Source: Marsupella aquatica
Taxonomy: Eukaryota > Plantae > Marchantiophyta
Assembly (NCBI GenBank): GCA_973895155.1
Contig: OZ316891.1
Location: 11,840,771 to 11,904,770, forward strand
Direction: 5' to 3'
DNA length: 64,000 bases
Shown here: positions 21,601-35,854 of the stretch, piece after piece
Layout: each line of letters begins with the position of its first letter
Numbering within the stretch: the stretch's first letter is position 1
Notes under the pieces: generated by a model
The model's database searches: none
Seen by the model: only the letters and a program-made list of their open reading frames with translations
What the model was told of the DNA's origin: nothing
Made by a program: the position numbers and the translations under genes

Positions 21601-24076
21601 CAAACGCTTCACACTTCGCTTTCAATGAATTAGTCTCTTACTGGTCTGCGGAGATTAAAAATATGAGCCGGAGATTCCCCACGAAAAGTACGCCGGAGAT
21701 ATGTATTGATGCGGTGTTGTTTAGAATAGATTGAAGCGGTTATAACCCGGGTTATAACAGCCGTAAGAATATTATGGACAGTCTCATGTCTGACTATACC
21801 ACTGATGATATTTATGCAGGTAAGAGAAGAACTCAAATGGGTCTGGCGAACCAACGACAGCAGCTGTCCGTGGCATCCCATGGACAGAGACGATTTCTGC
21901 AGGTATGAACATATAGATTAAAGCTACAGCAGATTCCCACATGATTGTCAACTAGACTGTCGAAACCCTCGAAAGATTAGATATCGTACTTTCATCATCC
22001 TGATTACAGAGTATCGAATTGCCCATTGACCCCGTCATCGAATTAATGATAATATATGTCGAGTATGGTTCTCATTGCTATTTCTTATTACTGCTGGAAG
22101 ACTACCAAGATGACCGCCCTCTACAGTAGAATCCACCTAGGCTAGCTTACGTGGGGTCAATTCACGTGTACATACAACTTTGTCTCTGCCAACGAGGTTT
22201 CCTGAGCAGTCTATCGGGTCTTTCTGCCAGCAGTTTTAACGACAATTTCTTCCTTAGAGTCTTTCCTTAACTTCTTTGACTAGCATGTCCCCCATTAAAC
22301 AATGCTTGCGCGGACGCCTAATTCACTCTATGGAGTAGTAGCTTAATTGTCAGGTAGTACAGGGTGGCCTAGGGTCATAGGGTCATTTTTTTTTGTTTTT
22401 GATTGTCGAGTGTTGCTGCGGCCTGATGACCCCGAACTGATGACCATAGCCTACCAGTTTATCCGAATTATATGATATTGGTCGACGTACAGTACGTGCT
22501 GCAGAAGCAACTGATGTTGGTTCTGATGAAATCTGTGTGATTGCAGACGAATAGGTTCGAAGAGGAACGTGCTGGTTGTGGGGGATTCCATCAATAATGA
22601 GATTTCTGAAGCCATCCAAAACGCCTTGCTGATGAATAAGAGCTCTGTGGTCACTGCGAAGCGCTACCCAGGTACAGAGTAGCCACTGTCGCCCGAATCT
22701 CATCCTGTCCTTCCTTAGAAAGTTAAGAGACACTAATTGCAATGAGGCTCCGCGACCCGGTACAATTCATCTACAGTATGAGCCAAATTGTCCCAAAACT
22801 GAACTTAATCGGATTCTGTAACAACTTATTTGGCTTCAATATTTGTTTATTGGTTTGAAACTTGAGCTATCTGAATTCGGCACATTTCAAAGCCTGATTC
22901 GTAGACCTCTTGCCAGTTCCATTACATTTCGTGTGCCCCGTGCGCTTGAGTTAAAAGAGAGCCTGACAACTATATATCATACAACCTGAAGACGCACCAA
23001 CGATATCCATCTGTAGTCACGAGACCGGCGCACTTGGCATGATCAATGTAGTTATAAGTGTTGATATAATCCTTGTGTTTATCAATGCGTGCGACATAGG
23101 TGAGGAGCTGTGCAGCGACATCCTGGGGGGTGAAGACAAGGGGTTTCACGTGTACTTTGTACGCAATGACTACGTTTCTCCAGTGGTCAACGCCACCTCC
23201 TTTGGCAGAAACTTCCAGGACCCATGGTTGCCGCACCTTGAAGAAGGCGATGGCGCCATCAAGATCCTCGTCCTCAACCGTGGTGCGCACTACCAAGAGG
23301 ACGAGAGGTTCGTCCAGGGACTCCGAGCTACTTTCGAAGTCCTGCGCGACCGGCACCCCGAGCTACTGGTTATCTACAGGAATACACCTTCCGGTATATT
23401 TCTCGATCTTCCACTACACAAAAATGTTCAAGCGCCCTCCAATCGTAACCTTTCTGAAGTGCAGTGATTCTCTAGGATCTCGACAATGAGCTCTGGGAAC
23501 TCACTGCGTCTAATCTGCTACTACGATATGATCATAACCAGTCCTTTTGTATTTGTCCAAGATGTCTGCCAAAGCTGTCTTTTTTAGTTTTATGTTAGGA
23601 CCAAGGATTCACGGAGTCTACCCCTGAACATGTTTATAATAATTACATAGGTACGCACACTGAATTTTTAAGCATCAACTAGAAGTGATCAAAGGCGCAT
23701 CCTGCCTTATCCGTTTGATGACCGGAAGCCCAAGGGCGTCACATGTTCTGGCTGCTCGTGGTGTACTAAACAGCATCTTCAAATTGATTGTGGTGACTCT
23801 GCAGGTCATGTCAATTGTACAGATTTCCATGCTCCTATTGACAAGCCTCTCAAGGGTGCACTGCCCTCGTTCCATTGGGAGGATTTCGATCGACAAAACG
23901 CTCTTGCGAAAGACATTGTCGAGGAGTTCCAATACATCTATCTTGACGTCGCAAGGCCTATCGGCATGAGACCGGAGGGGCACCAGCATAGCCGGGATTG
24001 CTTACACTACTGCCAACCTGGACCCCTGGACCTTGCTGTCGAGATGATCTACAATGTGCTTTGGCTCCTTCCTTAA
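18669..24076 (+). CDS. Trichome birefringence-like (TBL)/PC-esterase polysaccharide O-acetyltransferase, 6 exons
   Basis: Exons 18669-19138, 19518-19689, 21820-21902, 22547-22671, 23100-23393, 23805-24076 with GT-AG borders. N-terminal TM helix, 'GRWMYD', 'WVWR...C', 'VVGDS', 'LNRGAH', 'YRNTPSGH', 'RPEGH...DCLHYCQPGP'. Confidence 0.88.
20856..20988. repeat. ~80-bp-period imperfect tandem duplication in TBL intron 2
   Basis: 'atcccatact.gtt.gg..caccttcactttttgtcttattgagagtta.tgtct' occurs twice. Confidence 0.7.
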
Positions 24077-24223
24077 CTGCTGATTTAATCTCACTGATTC
24101 TTTGGATTTATTGCATCACATCGTTCCCAACTATGTTACATCAAATTATTGAGAGGAATGCTCCCATGACAAATTTCGATGTCAGATATAGCTGTAACGT
24201 GGTTCTGCCAGGGAAAATCTCTT

Positions 24224-24615
24224 GCTGCACCAATTCGAACAGGTGCATAATCGAAGCTTGTTCGACCGTTGTCAAAATAACTTAAATGTGGAAGGCAATA
24301 GTTTGTATACTAGCCCAGAGAGTCATGACTTTGTGGTACCTCACTTGAGTAGAGAGGGATAGATCTTGGGCACTACTTTGTGGTACCTTGGCTGCACCAA
24401 TTCGAACAGGTGCATAATCGAAGCTTGTTCGACCGTTGTCAAAATAACTCAAATGTGGAAGGCAATAGTTTGTATACTAGCCCAGAGAGTCATGACTTTG
24501 TGGTACCTCACTTGAGTAGACTTGAGTAGAGAGGGATAGATCTTGGGCACTTGAGTAGAGACAGATAGTCATGACTTTGTGGTACCTCACTTGAGTAGAA
24601 ACAGATAGATCTTGA
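24224..24615. repeat. 167-bp tandem duplication with extra sub-repeats
   Basis: Units start at 24224 and 24391; 'gtcatgactttgtggtacctcacttgagtaga' occurs three times. Confidence 0.85.
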
Positions 24616-25264
24616 GTTGAACTGCTGTGGGCTGACTCTTCCCAACTATTGTGGTTGACTCTTCCTTTTTTGTGGGGTTTCACACATTTCACTTTGTGAG
24701 GTTTCACACATTTCCCTTTAAAAGTAATTTTTTTTGTTAAGAAAGAGTTTGTATACTCAATTCACCTCCAATCAAAATAATAGCTAGTTTAAAGAGGTTA
24801 GATGGCTTCGACGGGTTGTTAACCGGTTCATTCCCCTGTTTGGAGCACTGTTGAGACTGGAGGAAATCCAGCTCGACCCCGAGAGCTCACAGGAGACTCC
24901 CTGGTGTGAAATTAATTTTCTGCCCGCACATGATTCTTGATTCAGAGTACTCGCTTGATCCAAAAAATTGCAAAAATCAACCGACTACTCAGGAATATGA
25001 CGGGACGGGCATTAACCCTCAGCATCTGCGTGATGATGTCACCGAAGTGGAATGAATTTCTTCGAAATGAGGTTTTGGTCATCGACTGGAAGAAACAGTA
25101 GGTCAGAAATGTTGCAGAAAAACACTTCAAACAGACAGGCATGACATTGCAACTCATAGAGTAAGGGTAGACAGTATTGTTTGCAGTTGAGGTAGAATAT
25201 GGACAACAGGCCTAGGAGGGAATCGATCATGCCAAAATCCTCAGATTTGTGGCGACACAGTTGC

Positions 25265-25917
25265 TGTTGGAAATCACCCCTATATTACTTCTGATATATC
25301 AGTAGACGCTAATCATGACCTCTGATTGTCAAAGTGCCATAAGGTGGCCCACAATCCCGTATATAAACATACATCATCATTTCATTGGAACAAGGGTTTC
25401 TTCACGGAGAGATTAATTTGCACTACGTTCAAGAGTTGGGTACAGCTGATTTTTTGACAAAAGCCCTATCTAACGCAACGTTTGAATTCCTAGAATACAT
25501 CCCTTATTAGAGCGTGACAGTCTTGAGTTTCTATAGATCAGCTTTCAGTGTAGTAGACACTAGAAATCTATTTCCTACTATTAAAGCATGACTGTCCAGA
25601 GTTGCCCGACCTGAAGTCACTTCCATCCGAGTACTGAGATCTGAACAGATAGGTTCACATCGTACAGAATGTCAACTGCCTAGAAATTAGAGTAGAGAGA
25701 CTGCCAGGTGGAGGGTGCTGGAAATCACCCGTCAGATTGATTCTCTGGATTACTGTGAATAGGATGAAATTAGCTGCCCACCACCCCACACGGGCTCGTT
25801 AGTGCATTAGCACCCCAGCTGTGGTCACCCAAGCTATATGTATTATTTTCAATATGGTGTTAGCGTTCATGCGGTTCATTCTTTGTCTCAATCAAATTGC
25901 TAATGCAAAGTCTAACA
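25265..25917 (+). mobile_element. Heavily deleted Copia remnant (653 bp) with 5-bp TSD GTTGC
   Basis: TGTTGGAAATCACCC at 25265 and TGCTGGAAATCACCC at 25716 after purine tract GGTGGAGGG; ends CTAACA at 25917. GTTGC at 25260-25264 and 25918-25922. Degraded RNase H C-terminus ('HHFI..GEINLHYV..AD(F)LTKAL') at ~25365-25470. Confidence 0.8.
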
Positions 25918-26627
25918 GTTGCTCCAGATAACTTTTTAAATGCCTACAGGAATGGATGTGCTAGCACGAGGGGTAACTCTATTCCCTTTTGGAATGACCA
26001 TAGAGTGCCTACAGTCCTATATTTAGAAAAATGATGAAACTGTCCAAGCATGTTGTGACGCCGTTGCAGACCTTGAAAGAAACAGTGTTCGAATATGAAC
26101 AAAACTTTGTAGGGAGCTAGGGGCCACTACTACGTATATTAGTTTAGTACTCCCCCCTGTCTGGAAAATCAGAATACTGAATGGAACTACAATGATTCCG
26201 AAAGGCACACTCTAATTACTTTCAAGAATGGATTGCATTACACAATAAGCTTTCCAAGTGTCGTAGATGGATGAGTCTGGTCAATTGCAGGTCCAATGGA
26301 CAATGGCTGTATGCCATGAGGCGCAGCAGCAGTATCCCAACATCTGCCGGCCATGACAAGGTCTCAAACATTACAAGGAATTATTAAGCCGACTCTTTGC
26401 CAGAGACACGGGAGGAAACAAGAAGAGACCCACGTGAGAGTATAATGATTGTTGGTTGTACAAATATAACGGGACTCGATCATAATTGCTGAGGTTCTGC
26501 AGCACCGCTACACATCAGTTTCTTCAAAGGAAGTATACCCTTGGACCTGGCTTGTACTCACAAGCACTGAACTGATAAGGACATTGATGTCTGGGATGAG
26601 TACAAGGAGTACCTCACCTCACCTGAT

Positions 26628-29262
26628 TTAAGTTTGAAGTACTGATGAAAGGAGCGGCTCTTCGATGTCCTCACCAGCTAAGGACACAGCAAGGTCTTCT
26701 CTCGTCTGTGCCAGTCGATGTGCTCGTTGACCCCAGACCACAAGATAGAGTCCAGCCAGGATGAGTATAGCTCCAATCAGGCTGCCTAGGTAAAGCGGGT
26801 CGTCTAGAACAACCAACCCCAAAAATACTGAGAACACCGTCTGGAGAGGAATGTATGCCGCCAATAGAATTGGGCCACCCTTTTGATTCGCCCAAGTTTG
26901 CAGAGTGAAATTTAGCCCTGAAGCAACGAAACCCGCGTAGAGAACAGATGCAATGTTTCCTGGCTGGTCTATAACCCACTGGGAAGCATCAGAGACGGTG
27001 ACACTACCCGTGATAATAAGGGCTACGGTGCCCACAAAGATAGAACCGGCTGTGATAGAGATTGGAGCTGGAAAAATCCTCAAAGTTGGAATCTGCAAGT
27101 TGGTGTAGATCCCCATGCAGAGGCAGTTGAGAATAAGGCAAAGTGAGCCAATCTGCCAATGATCCAGCGCGTATCCCACTAGGCTTGAAGTAAGCCATCC
27201 GTGGTGAGAGACGTCGTCCGTATCAGCTTCAGGGAATGGTAATAGTTCACTTCCAAGCAGAATGGGTCCCTTGTAGAGCGACATGACTATGGCTCCTATG
27301 ACACACGCCAAAATTCCCATCAGTTTGGCCCATCCGTCAATCTTTGTGAGTCGAATGACCTCATATCTGCAGATGACCGCAATGAGGAAAGTGAAAACGG
27401 GGATTGCATTTTGCATGGCAGCCGCAAATCCAGTGTTTGTGTACGATAGACCGGTGAGAAATAGTGTCTGCTGTAGAAAAATTCTGCACAAAACACAAAG
27501 AACGAAGAATTAGGACCATATCATTCTAAAGTTACTAAAGAACCCCCTGACTTGAAGGCTTTTCCGCAAGAGCCTCTTCAGACAGAGTCATATCTCTTTG
27601 GAATTTCCTTACTGTTGAGGATCAAGCCTATATGGAAACCCGTTCAGACAATCATTAACAAGTGACAGCAGAGGTAGAAGTCCTATTGCAACTGTTCCTT
27701 ATTACAATCTCTTCTGCTCCTATCTTATCAGTATTTGAACATGTTTCCTTTCACTGTTGACGACGTGGCGCTTTCTGCTCTATTGTCCCTTTCATCCATA
27801 GGGGCACCATGAACTGTAAAATCTTCCTTCAATTTAAATTCCTGCCCAGTCATCCAATTGTCTCGACATAAGAGATCCATTCTTCTCTTGCGATTCATAA
27901 TTGCCAAGCTTCCGCAAAGAGTCTCAATTTTTTTTGTTCGAATTAATGTCCATCCCCTTTCGCAGTGATTATCAGCTATTTTAGCACTATTCGTCTGATA
28001 TGTACCGCCGTGCTTGTTCATTGTGGTAGTGGCTCTACAAGAAACCCAGGAGCTTGCATTTAGGTCGTGTCTGTGGTTCCATAAAAAACTTAGGAGCTTA
28101 CAATTAAGAAGCGGTCCACCTTAAACTTTCCAGACAACTAAGAGTCAGCTTTCTATTAACTGGAAGCATACATTATTTAATTGATATACTTAAGACTGGT
28201 ACTTGCGCTGAAACATCTGCATAACCCTAGGTCCTTAACTAGCACACCTTTCCCGTGGAAGTCACTGTACAATTTTGGTCCTGGAGGTCGTTTATATACA
28301 GTAGAACATGAGAATTCTTTCATTTTGAAGATCTTGCGAAGGGGGGTGACTGAACCTCATTTCTTAGCTTGTAAAACAAAGTGAGATCGACATCAGTAGT
28401 GGAACTCACCCAACGACTCCAAGCGCAGAAATGTACAAACAAACCGGCAGTGTAAACGCCGTCCTCGCATGTCTGCATAAAATCCCACAAAATCAAGGTC
28501 AACATGACGCTCCCATTCAACCCCTCTGGTCTGATCAGGACGAAGTTACCTACACAGAAAAGCATCCGACACGTTTAGATAAAAGTTTCTGAGGAGACTT
28601 CAAATCTCCCTTCAATTCTGCTAAGTCTACTCTAACAAAGAGCAGCCGCTTGCCTAACAAGAAAATGAACACTTAGGTCTGTCTTTTGTACTGGCCAACT
28701 CGACCAGGGTATACAAGTTCTATATAAATCAACTTATTCATTGCATAGTGTATTGCAGTCATGAATCTACAGCATTCAGCTCTGCTTCAGGGTGGACAGA
28801 GAGTCGCAAAATCAACTTTTATCGGAAATCGACACATAATCCCAAGTTACATGATATAAGTATTTCCGTTGACCCCTACTCCAACTTGTCACCTACAATG
28901 ACTTGCTCTGACTATCAAGCCAAGCACGAAGAGGTGGTCCACTGCCAGAAAACATGCTACGACGTACAAACACTCAGAAATGTCTTAGAACAACACCCTG
29001 GACTTCAAATCACAAGAATTTCAAACCTTTCCATGAAGTAGGCCAAAGGAGTGAGCAGCGCAAGCCCGATGAGCTCCCGATAGACAGCGAACACGAATCG
29101 GTCAAAACCACCGGTCATGGCCGCTTTGGTTAAAACATAGTACCCTCCATATCCAATCTGCACCGTCACCAGTGCCAACTGCACCCTCGTCCGCTCCGCA
29201 AAGCAAAGCCATGACCCAGTGCTCTTAGTAGCACTACTGCTGCTTGCTTCCGGGGCCCCCAT
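26628..29262 (-). CDS. WAT1-related / UMAMIT (EamA/MtN21) transporter, 3 exons
   Basis: Exons 29262-29027, 28472-28410 (63 bp, 'TLPVCLYISALGVVG'), 27483-26628. 'VFAVYRELIG', 'AAAMQNAIPVFTF', 'GGPILLAAYIPLQT', 'GLYLVVWG'. Confidence 0.93.
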
Positions 29263-32200
29263 GTTTTCAACTTGACCCACAATGCAACGCCTTAAGCTCT
29301 TAAACCATTGAGGAGGGCTCTCTATACCCCCACCACCCACAAACTACTTCTGCACCCTGCGAAGAGGAAGCCTCAACAGTGCTGCAGATCTCTACTCAAC
29401 CATATGCCGAGCTAAGAATTCCACACTCTTCGAGAGCCCTGCAAACAGACCAATGCAGCAGGAGAGACAATGCGAAGTGCATCCATCCTCTGCGAAACAG
29501 AAACCAGAACAGTTTCTGAGGACATCAGCAAGACCCCAAAGGGCCTCTGTGTCCCAACTTCCTTGGCTCTGGGAACAAACCGATGCACTCTGTTGGAACG
29601 ATCGACATTGAAGAAGAACCTCTCTCCCCTCCCACCTCCGTTTCTCTTATGCTCGTTTCTATAAGTCTGCTGGCCCTTTGTTCCCCAAGTCGAATAATTC
29701 AATCTCGAGCATCCATTTCCGGAAATGGAACGCTCAGATGATCCGCCTCCACTTTCCATGGAAGTCAACGTGACTGAAAAGATGGGACGGGGCCACAGTG
29801 AAACTGTAATTGTATTTTTCCCCCACTTTATTTCTTGAATTGTTTTTTTCACACGTGAATCTCGTGAATGTGGGGAACCAGCATGCCATTGAGTCATATA
29901 AATACCCATTAAGGCAAAAAGGCCAACATAACCGTAAAGGAAATCAAAAGAAGAGGTGGGATTGGGCATGGCTGTCCGCCCCACCAACACCGAAGGGATG
30001 CATGCCATCGTCACTTATTACTCTCACACCAAGTGACCTACGAACACAAGCAGGACCCTGACTGCATTGTTTGTCAGGGTACAATTATTTCTGGAGCCAT
30101 CAAACAGGATTCCCAGCCCAAAAGCAGCTAAGTGTTGTCCTATTCACTATCTACCTAAATCAACACCTGAAAGGCAGCCAGTGATCGAAAGGTAGCCAGT
30201 GATCGAAAGGTAGCACTTCTCTGGCTTGTAGTCTCATGTGCCTATATTCCCGGGAAGCGTGGTTGCTCCACCATCAGTAAGATCATCCAAAGTTTCAGTC
30301 AAAATTGATGGTTGATTCAAGAGACGGTGCCTAGTTCGATCAAAAACCTGCTGGATCTGGTAAATTAGAAATAGACTCGGCGGCTGGTTGTGTTCAGATC
30401 TCCGTCGTTGAGCAGTAGGCCAATCAGCTTCACATACGGATCAATCCTGCCCCCCCAGCCTCTTTACTGAAAAGGGTCAACCACAGATTGAAGCAACATA
30501 CAAATCATTTGGTGTGTGCATGCTCTCTATTGAGGAAGGTTTCCTGACTGGGTCTTACGTACCTTTCAGGCAAACTTATCAATACAACCAGACCAGGTCT
30601 GTCATCATGTGAGCTTCCACATGATTGTTGTTAAAAGCCAACATTCCATTCCTACAATGTATATAATTGTCACACTGCCAATGAACAAAAGTGCCAAACT
30701 CTGAGGCAAGATCCCATAAGCATGAGACCCAACATCAGGGGAGAAAACCAGGGGAGAAAACCAGGAAAACCAAAGAGCCAAAAGTCCGAGAGTATCAAAG
30801 GCAAAAGAACTAAAACCCTACTGAGCAACAAACAGAAAAGTCTTGAACTGAATCACCGGTTTTTAATATAATTGAAAAATTTTCAATTGGATTAAAAAAA
30901 AACCTTAGCTTCTTCAAGCGCCATGGGTAAGAAGAAAAGAAGTGAGGACCCCAGGAATCTAACTATACTAGAATACTAGATTTTGGAAGCATGCTTACCT
31001 TTGGAGGCAATTGATAGATATTTGGGTTGAAAAGAACTCAAAAGTGACATTTTACATGATTGAGTGACGCAAAGAACTAATGCATGGCTACATGGAAAGA
31101 TTGGGGGAAGCTGCTAATATCAAACATGCAAAGGTTCAACCCCCTTTTCTGAATGCATACGCAGAGATTTAAGAAAAAAACAATTCCAAGAACAATGTGC
31201 GTCAAAAAGTCTACTAAATACTTACCATTTTGAAATCATTTCAAACATATTCTGAATCGAGACCCCGAAAAACTTCTAATATATTTTTCTTGGGTCTGGC
31301 AGTGCACTTATTGCTTCTCTATCCCTCCAAGCTACTTTACTGTAATCCATTGGCTTATCCATCATAGTCTTCATCAAATTTACTATTAAAATATTTAACC
31401 ATGTCTATACTATAGCAATATGCGTTGGTTACAATCTCTCTAACAAAATCTTTATTTTAAATTAAGGTTTGTGAAGAAGACTTCAAATTTGAATAGTTTT
31501 TGGCCGATAAACCGGAGTACAATCCGGTTTGATTCATAAATATATTTCTCATAATCTCAAACCCGGTTACCCCGTAGCAGCCTGCATATGAATCCTCAAT
31601 TTTGTTTGTAAGTGTACACAGATGATTTCTGCCAGCCATGCCATATCTTGTTCACAGAGTGAGCTCTTGGCTGTAAGCTGCAAGCATATAGCAGCCGTGA
31701 GCGCATAACCAACTTCCTCATGGAAAGCAAATTAAAGCCCCAATAACAAACATAGGCTACAAGACCGCCCCACAAAGTGCTACGTGCCTCCTTTCTCGCC
31801 ATTTTGTCTCGTGTCTGTCAGTGGCCATGAACCTCTCACTTCCCCCTTCTAACTATCTATGATGCTAAAGGTTCCCAGAGAAGGCCTTCTAACCCTCTCT
31901 CCCTACTGGTTTGGGTCTATGTCAGATGTCTGGGCATCGTCTCCTTGTGGCAGGCCCATGCTCCAAAGTTGATTGTCCATGCATCCTCCGTTTCTTGGGT
32001 CTGCTTTTGATTTCAAGGCAGAAAAAAAGGCTTGGTGGGTGCCTAGTTGGTGGAGCAACTTTCACTGTTTTCTTCTCGTTTCTTAACTTGTATATGCATG
32101 TCTTTGACGCCTGTTGGGTTGGGCCCCTCACATTCTTGGTGAGCATTCTTTGGAATCCTCTCACTTCCCCCTTCATTCATAATAGTCCACTACCCATCCG

Positions 32201-32420
32201 CTTCCAATTGTGCACAAAATGTGAAGACACAAGGGAGGGGTGCAGCTGCACACATAATGGCAAATTTTGCCCAGCCTAGTTACTTTACCAAGCAAGCATA
32301 ACCCAGTATTAGTGTGCTGTGCACTCTGGAACTTTACCACACTTTTCAGTTTGATGCTCAATAGGGAACAGTTTGATGCTCAATAGGACTCTAGTTCTTG
32401 TGCTGTTCATGGGACCCATA

Positions 32421-32742
32421 GGTTTTTTTTGTCTTGCCTAGGATTTTCCCTTGTTTTCTCCCCTTTATTGGGCCTCTTGCCTAGAGGGTTTCCTTTGGAT
32501 AAGTAGGGCTAAGCCATAGCTGGGTTTCAGTCGATGTTGGCCTTGCACCAATAGCACTCATCCAGTAGCCCTGCAATACCAAAGGTTTGTTGTCTTCCCT
32601 GGGATTTTCCTTTGTTCTCTTCTTTATTGGGTCTCTTGCCTCGAGGGTTTCCTTTGTATAATTAGGGCTAAGCCATAGCTGGGTTTCAGTCGATGTTGGT
32701 CTTGCAGCAATAGCACTCATCCAGTAGCCCTGCAATACCAAA
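32421..32742. repeat. ~160-bp imperfect tandem duplication
   Basis: '...agggctaagccatagctgggtttcagtcgatgttgg...atagcactcatccagtagccctgcaataccaaa' occurs twice. Confidence 0.85.
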
Positions 32743-33634
32743 TGAAGCGGAGTCGGGAGTGAAGCTTTCTACACATTTGCAAGCTTGCCAAATCGGGTGT
32801 CAAAAAGTGCTTGGTCATCTTTGTGGTGGGGGTTGTGAATTGTGATCCATTTGAGCATCAACTCATGACCGAATTACTTAAATGCGAACAGTAGAGATTC
32901 CGTCAGAACGAATTCTGCATCATGATGTTACTCTGTTTCGCCTTGTCCGAAAGGTGCTCCACTTTTTGCCTCTTCTCCCCAGCTCTTTGATGCCTAGTCA
33001 AGAAAGTGGAACCTCTCTTCTGCTGCGGGTGTCTCTCTACACCAGTGGAATTTCAAGAAGACAGGAACGACAATCAAGAGAGCTGTATCAGGAAGTCATG
33101 AGAACGCCCCCTCTACGCAAGCCAACTGTGGAACAAGACACGCAAAATTATGTAGGAACAACTATCCACCAGCTTGTCTCGAGAGTTTGTGAACCCCACT
33201 TGTATTCTGCGGGTGATCAAACATGAATGTACAAAATAGCCACGTTTCCTCTCCATTCACAGCAAAGAGTCATCGAGTTTTTTAATCATTTGTTTGTGTC
33301 TTAAACCACATCAAGTCCTCATGATGCCTCTCGACTTGCATTGGAATTAATCATCGGGCTTTGCATATCATTTGTGCGTGCCCTAATCTATACCAATGCC
33401 TTCATGGTGTCTTGCATTGCAAAGAATCACACAGATTGCTCCCTTAGCTTGTTATCTCTCCTTATCGGGAACGTCTAAGACAGGAACTCGGGTATGAGGA
33501 TGACAATTTCCTAATGATTCCAAACAATGCAATTTGCCATGCTTTTGCTTGACCTGTGCTCGCGCCTGGACTTGTAAAGTTCTCCTCTGATACAAGCTTG
33601 TAGACAGTCATTTTCTGGTCATAATTTATTGATG

Positions 33635-34015
33635 GAATCCCAATTCTCAACGCAAATCAGTACATCGATATACCCAAAATGGGCTGGGCTTGTTCTCGAT
33701 TGCAATCTGACGCCCATGAAACATCCCAGGAGATTCAATCCTTCACCCAAAGGTAGATGTCTGTAATAAGAGAGAAACAGAAAACAAATGACTGACAAAA
33801 ATTCCTGCAAAACATTGGTCCACAGACCTGACTCACAGTCGTTCTCTCGCTGTTACTAATCAGTAATCCCAATTCTGATTAGTAACAGAGGCTGGGATTC
33901 CTCCGTTTGCAATCTGACCTCCGTAAAACATCCAAACAGATCGAATCCTTCACCCAAGGTAAATGTCTGCCGTGTAAGAGAAATAGAGAACAAACAACTG
34001 CCAAAACTGCCTGCC
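33635..34015. repeat. Diverged ~230-bp-period duplication
   Basis: Shared blocks aatcccaattct / ttgcaatctgac / aaacatcc / aatccttcacccaa / atgtctg at ~33635-33790 and ~33865-34010. Confidence 0.6.
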
Positions 34016-34878
34016 AAATGGTCAGCATTACACCGAGCCCTTGTGCTAAAAGACAAGGAGACGCTCGAGCCTTTTTGCTGGAAAGAGAAGGATATCCTCC
34101 AGCCCTTTTACTCAAAAGACAAGAGCATCCCTCGAGCAGATCAAGCCAAAGTTCATGACACTGTGAGTGCACTGACACCTACAACGAGAGACGTAAGATT
34201 GTGCTGTAGACATTGAACTTTTTAGCTCACATTTTGAGATGGTGAGGGGGGCATGGGCCGCTGATATTTGTTCCAATCTAATAGTCAGCACAACATGGTA
34301 GCTCAATCCCGCGTAACACCCTGACGCACACACATTCCTTCAGATGATACCATTTCGAAAGCAGGTAGGCCCGACTACAGTGCTATTTTCGAGCATGTAG
34401 ACATCCTAAAAAAATGAACCTTCAAGCACACCTAATCCAATCAGAGAGATCACCGTACCCAAAATAATGTTCAAGTGAGGGATTCCCTCTCTTCGCCATT
34501 GATATGCCCCGTTTTGATGCTCTTGGACCCACACTTTATTGCGGACGCTTAGTTCCAATGAACACTTGTTCTTCGTAGTAATTGCACATCAATAACGGAC
34601 ACCCAGACACAGACACCCAGACAGTTATCAGAATAACACTAAGTGATGTGACAGAACGATTGCATTTATGATGGTATAAAAAATCCTTCTAACCTGTGGC
34701 CACATGCCAAATGACACACTACACCGTAAGTTGCATTTTGGTGTGCGATTACAGGGAAGGAACACTTGGTACCTCTGCCACGGAAACGATGACTGCATAC
34801 TTACGTACAATCTCCATCACTCCCGGAATGCACCGTTCTCAAGGTACCCGTAAGTGTTCATGGCTTGGGGCTTTGTAT

Positions 34879-34999
34879 TGCTGAGCTCGGAATTACGGGT
34901 TGTCAAGATTTCTCCTCATCTGCTAGCCTTGGATTACTGCTGAGCTCGGAATTACGGGTTGTCCAGAGTGTCTCCTCATCTCCTTGCCTTGGATTACTG
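34879..34999. repeat. 59-bp tandem duplication
   Basis: 'tgctgagctcggaattacgggttgtc...tctcctcatct..gccttggattactg' occurs twice. Confidence 0.85.
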
Positions 35000-35854
35000 G
35001 AAGTGGACAGAATGATACAGTCCGGTAATATAAATAGCAGCTCAGGATTAGAGTATTGAACTCAAGCCGGTGGCAGTGTCTTTTAGTCTATCAGAACACG
35101 AAACGATCATGATTACAGACGAAGACGAATGGTAATGCTACTCGCAGAGCCAGTGAAACGGTGAGTTTTCGGATCATCGTTTGAACTTGCTGGAGAGCAA
35201 GGAGTGAGGCTCATCAGAGAGAGAGAGAGAACCTTGCCCCTGATAATTCTGCTCTGCTAAATTTCAAGTTGGTCGTGTCAATGTGAAGCAATTTTTGGGT
35301 AGCTTCTGTGCTCTACAGTAGATGGCTGAATTTCGTAGGGAGGGCAGGGAGGTAGCTAGCCACTTTCGCTGCCATTTCTGTTGCTGCTTGTCAAGAACTT
35401 GCAAGCGCCCATCAAGCAATTTTATATGATTATGCTGAATTCATTGTGCTGAATTCTTGGCGCGGATAGGGGGCTACTGATCGAGGCGAATCTCACTGTG
35501 GTGTTGCGTGGTGGACGTCAAAAGTAATGTTGAGTATCTGGACGAGTGGCAGAGGATCCATTTGGTTGTGTTTCCTGCTCTCCATCTGCGCCCTGATACC
35601 TGCCTCAACGCTTAATTCCAGCCCTCCGCACCTTCGACGACATCGTTGGGCGACTGCAGCTCCTTCGAGTCGTCGAAACTCATCCTGATGTTGGAATTTT
35701 GGTGATCGCACAGCTACTGACCCTGAGCTGCTAGTGTGTGTCTCCATAGAGACGAAAGGTGATGCTGTTGAGAGGAAGATGATGCGATCCCTAAAGGCTT
35801 GTTGAGAGGAAGCTTAGGAGGCCAGAGCGGGCAACATCGTGGTGAGAAAGAGCT

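Noticed and set aside
28900-28960. Alternative exon 2 for the minus-strand WAT1 gene
   Set aside because: 28410-28472 matches the paralog ('TFTLPV') and has proper AG/GT borders; this segment does not.
29412-30014. 200-aa ORF upstream of the minus-strand WAT1 gene
   Set aside because: No domain signature or coding-like composition; likely 5' UTR/promoter sequence.
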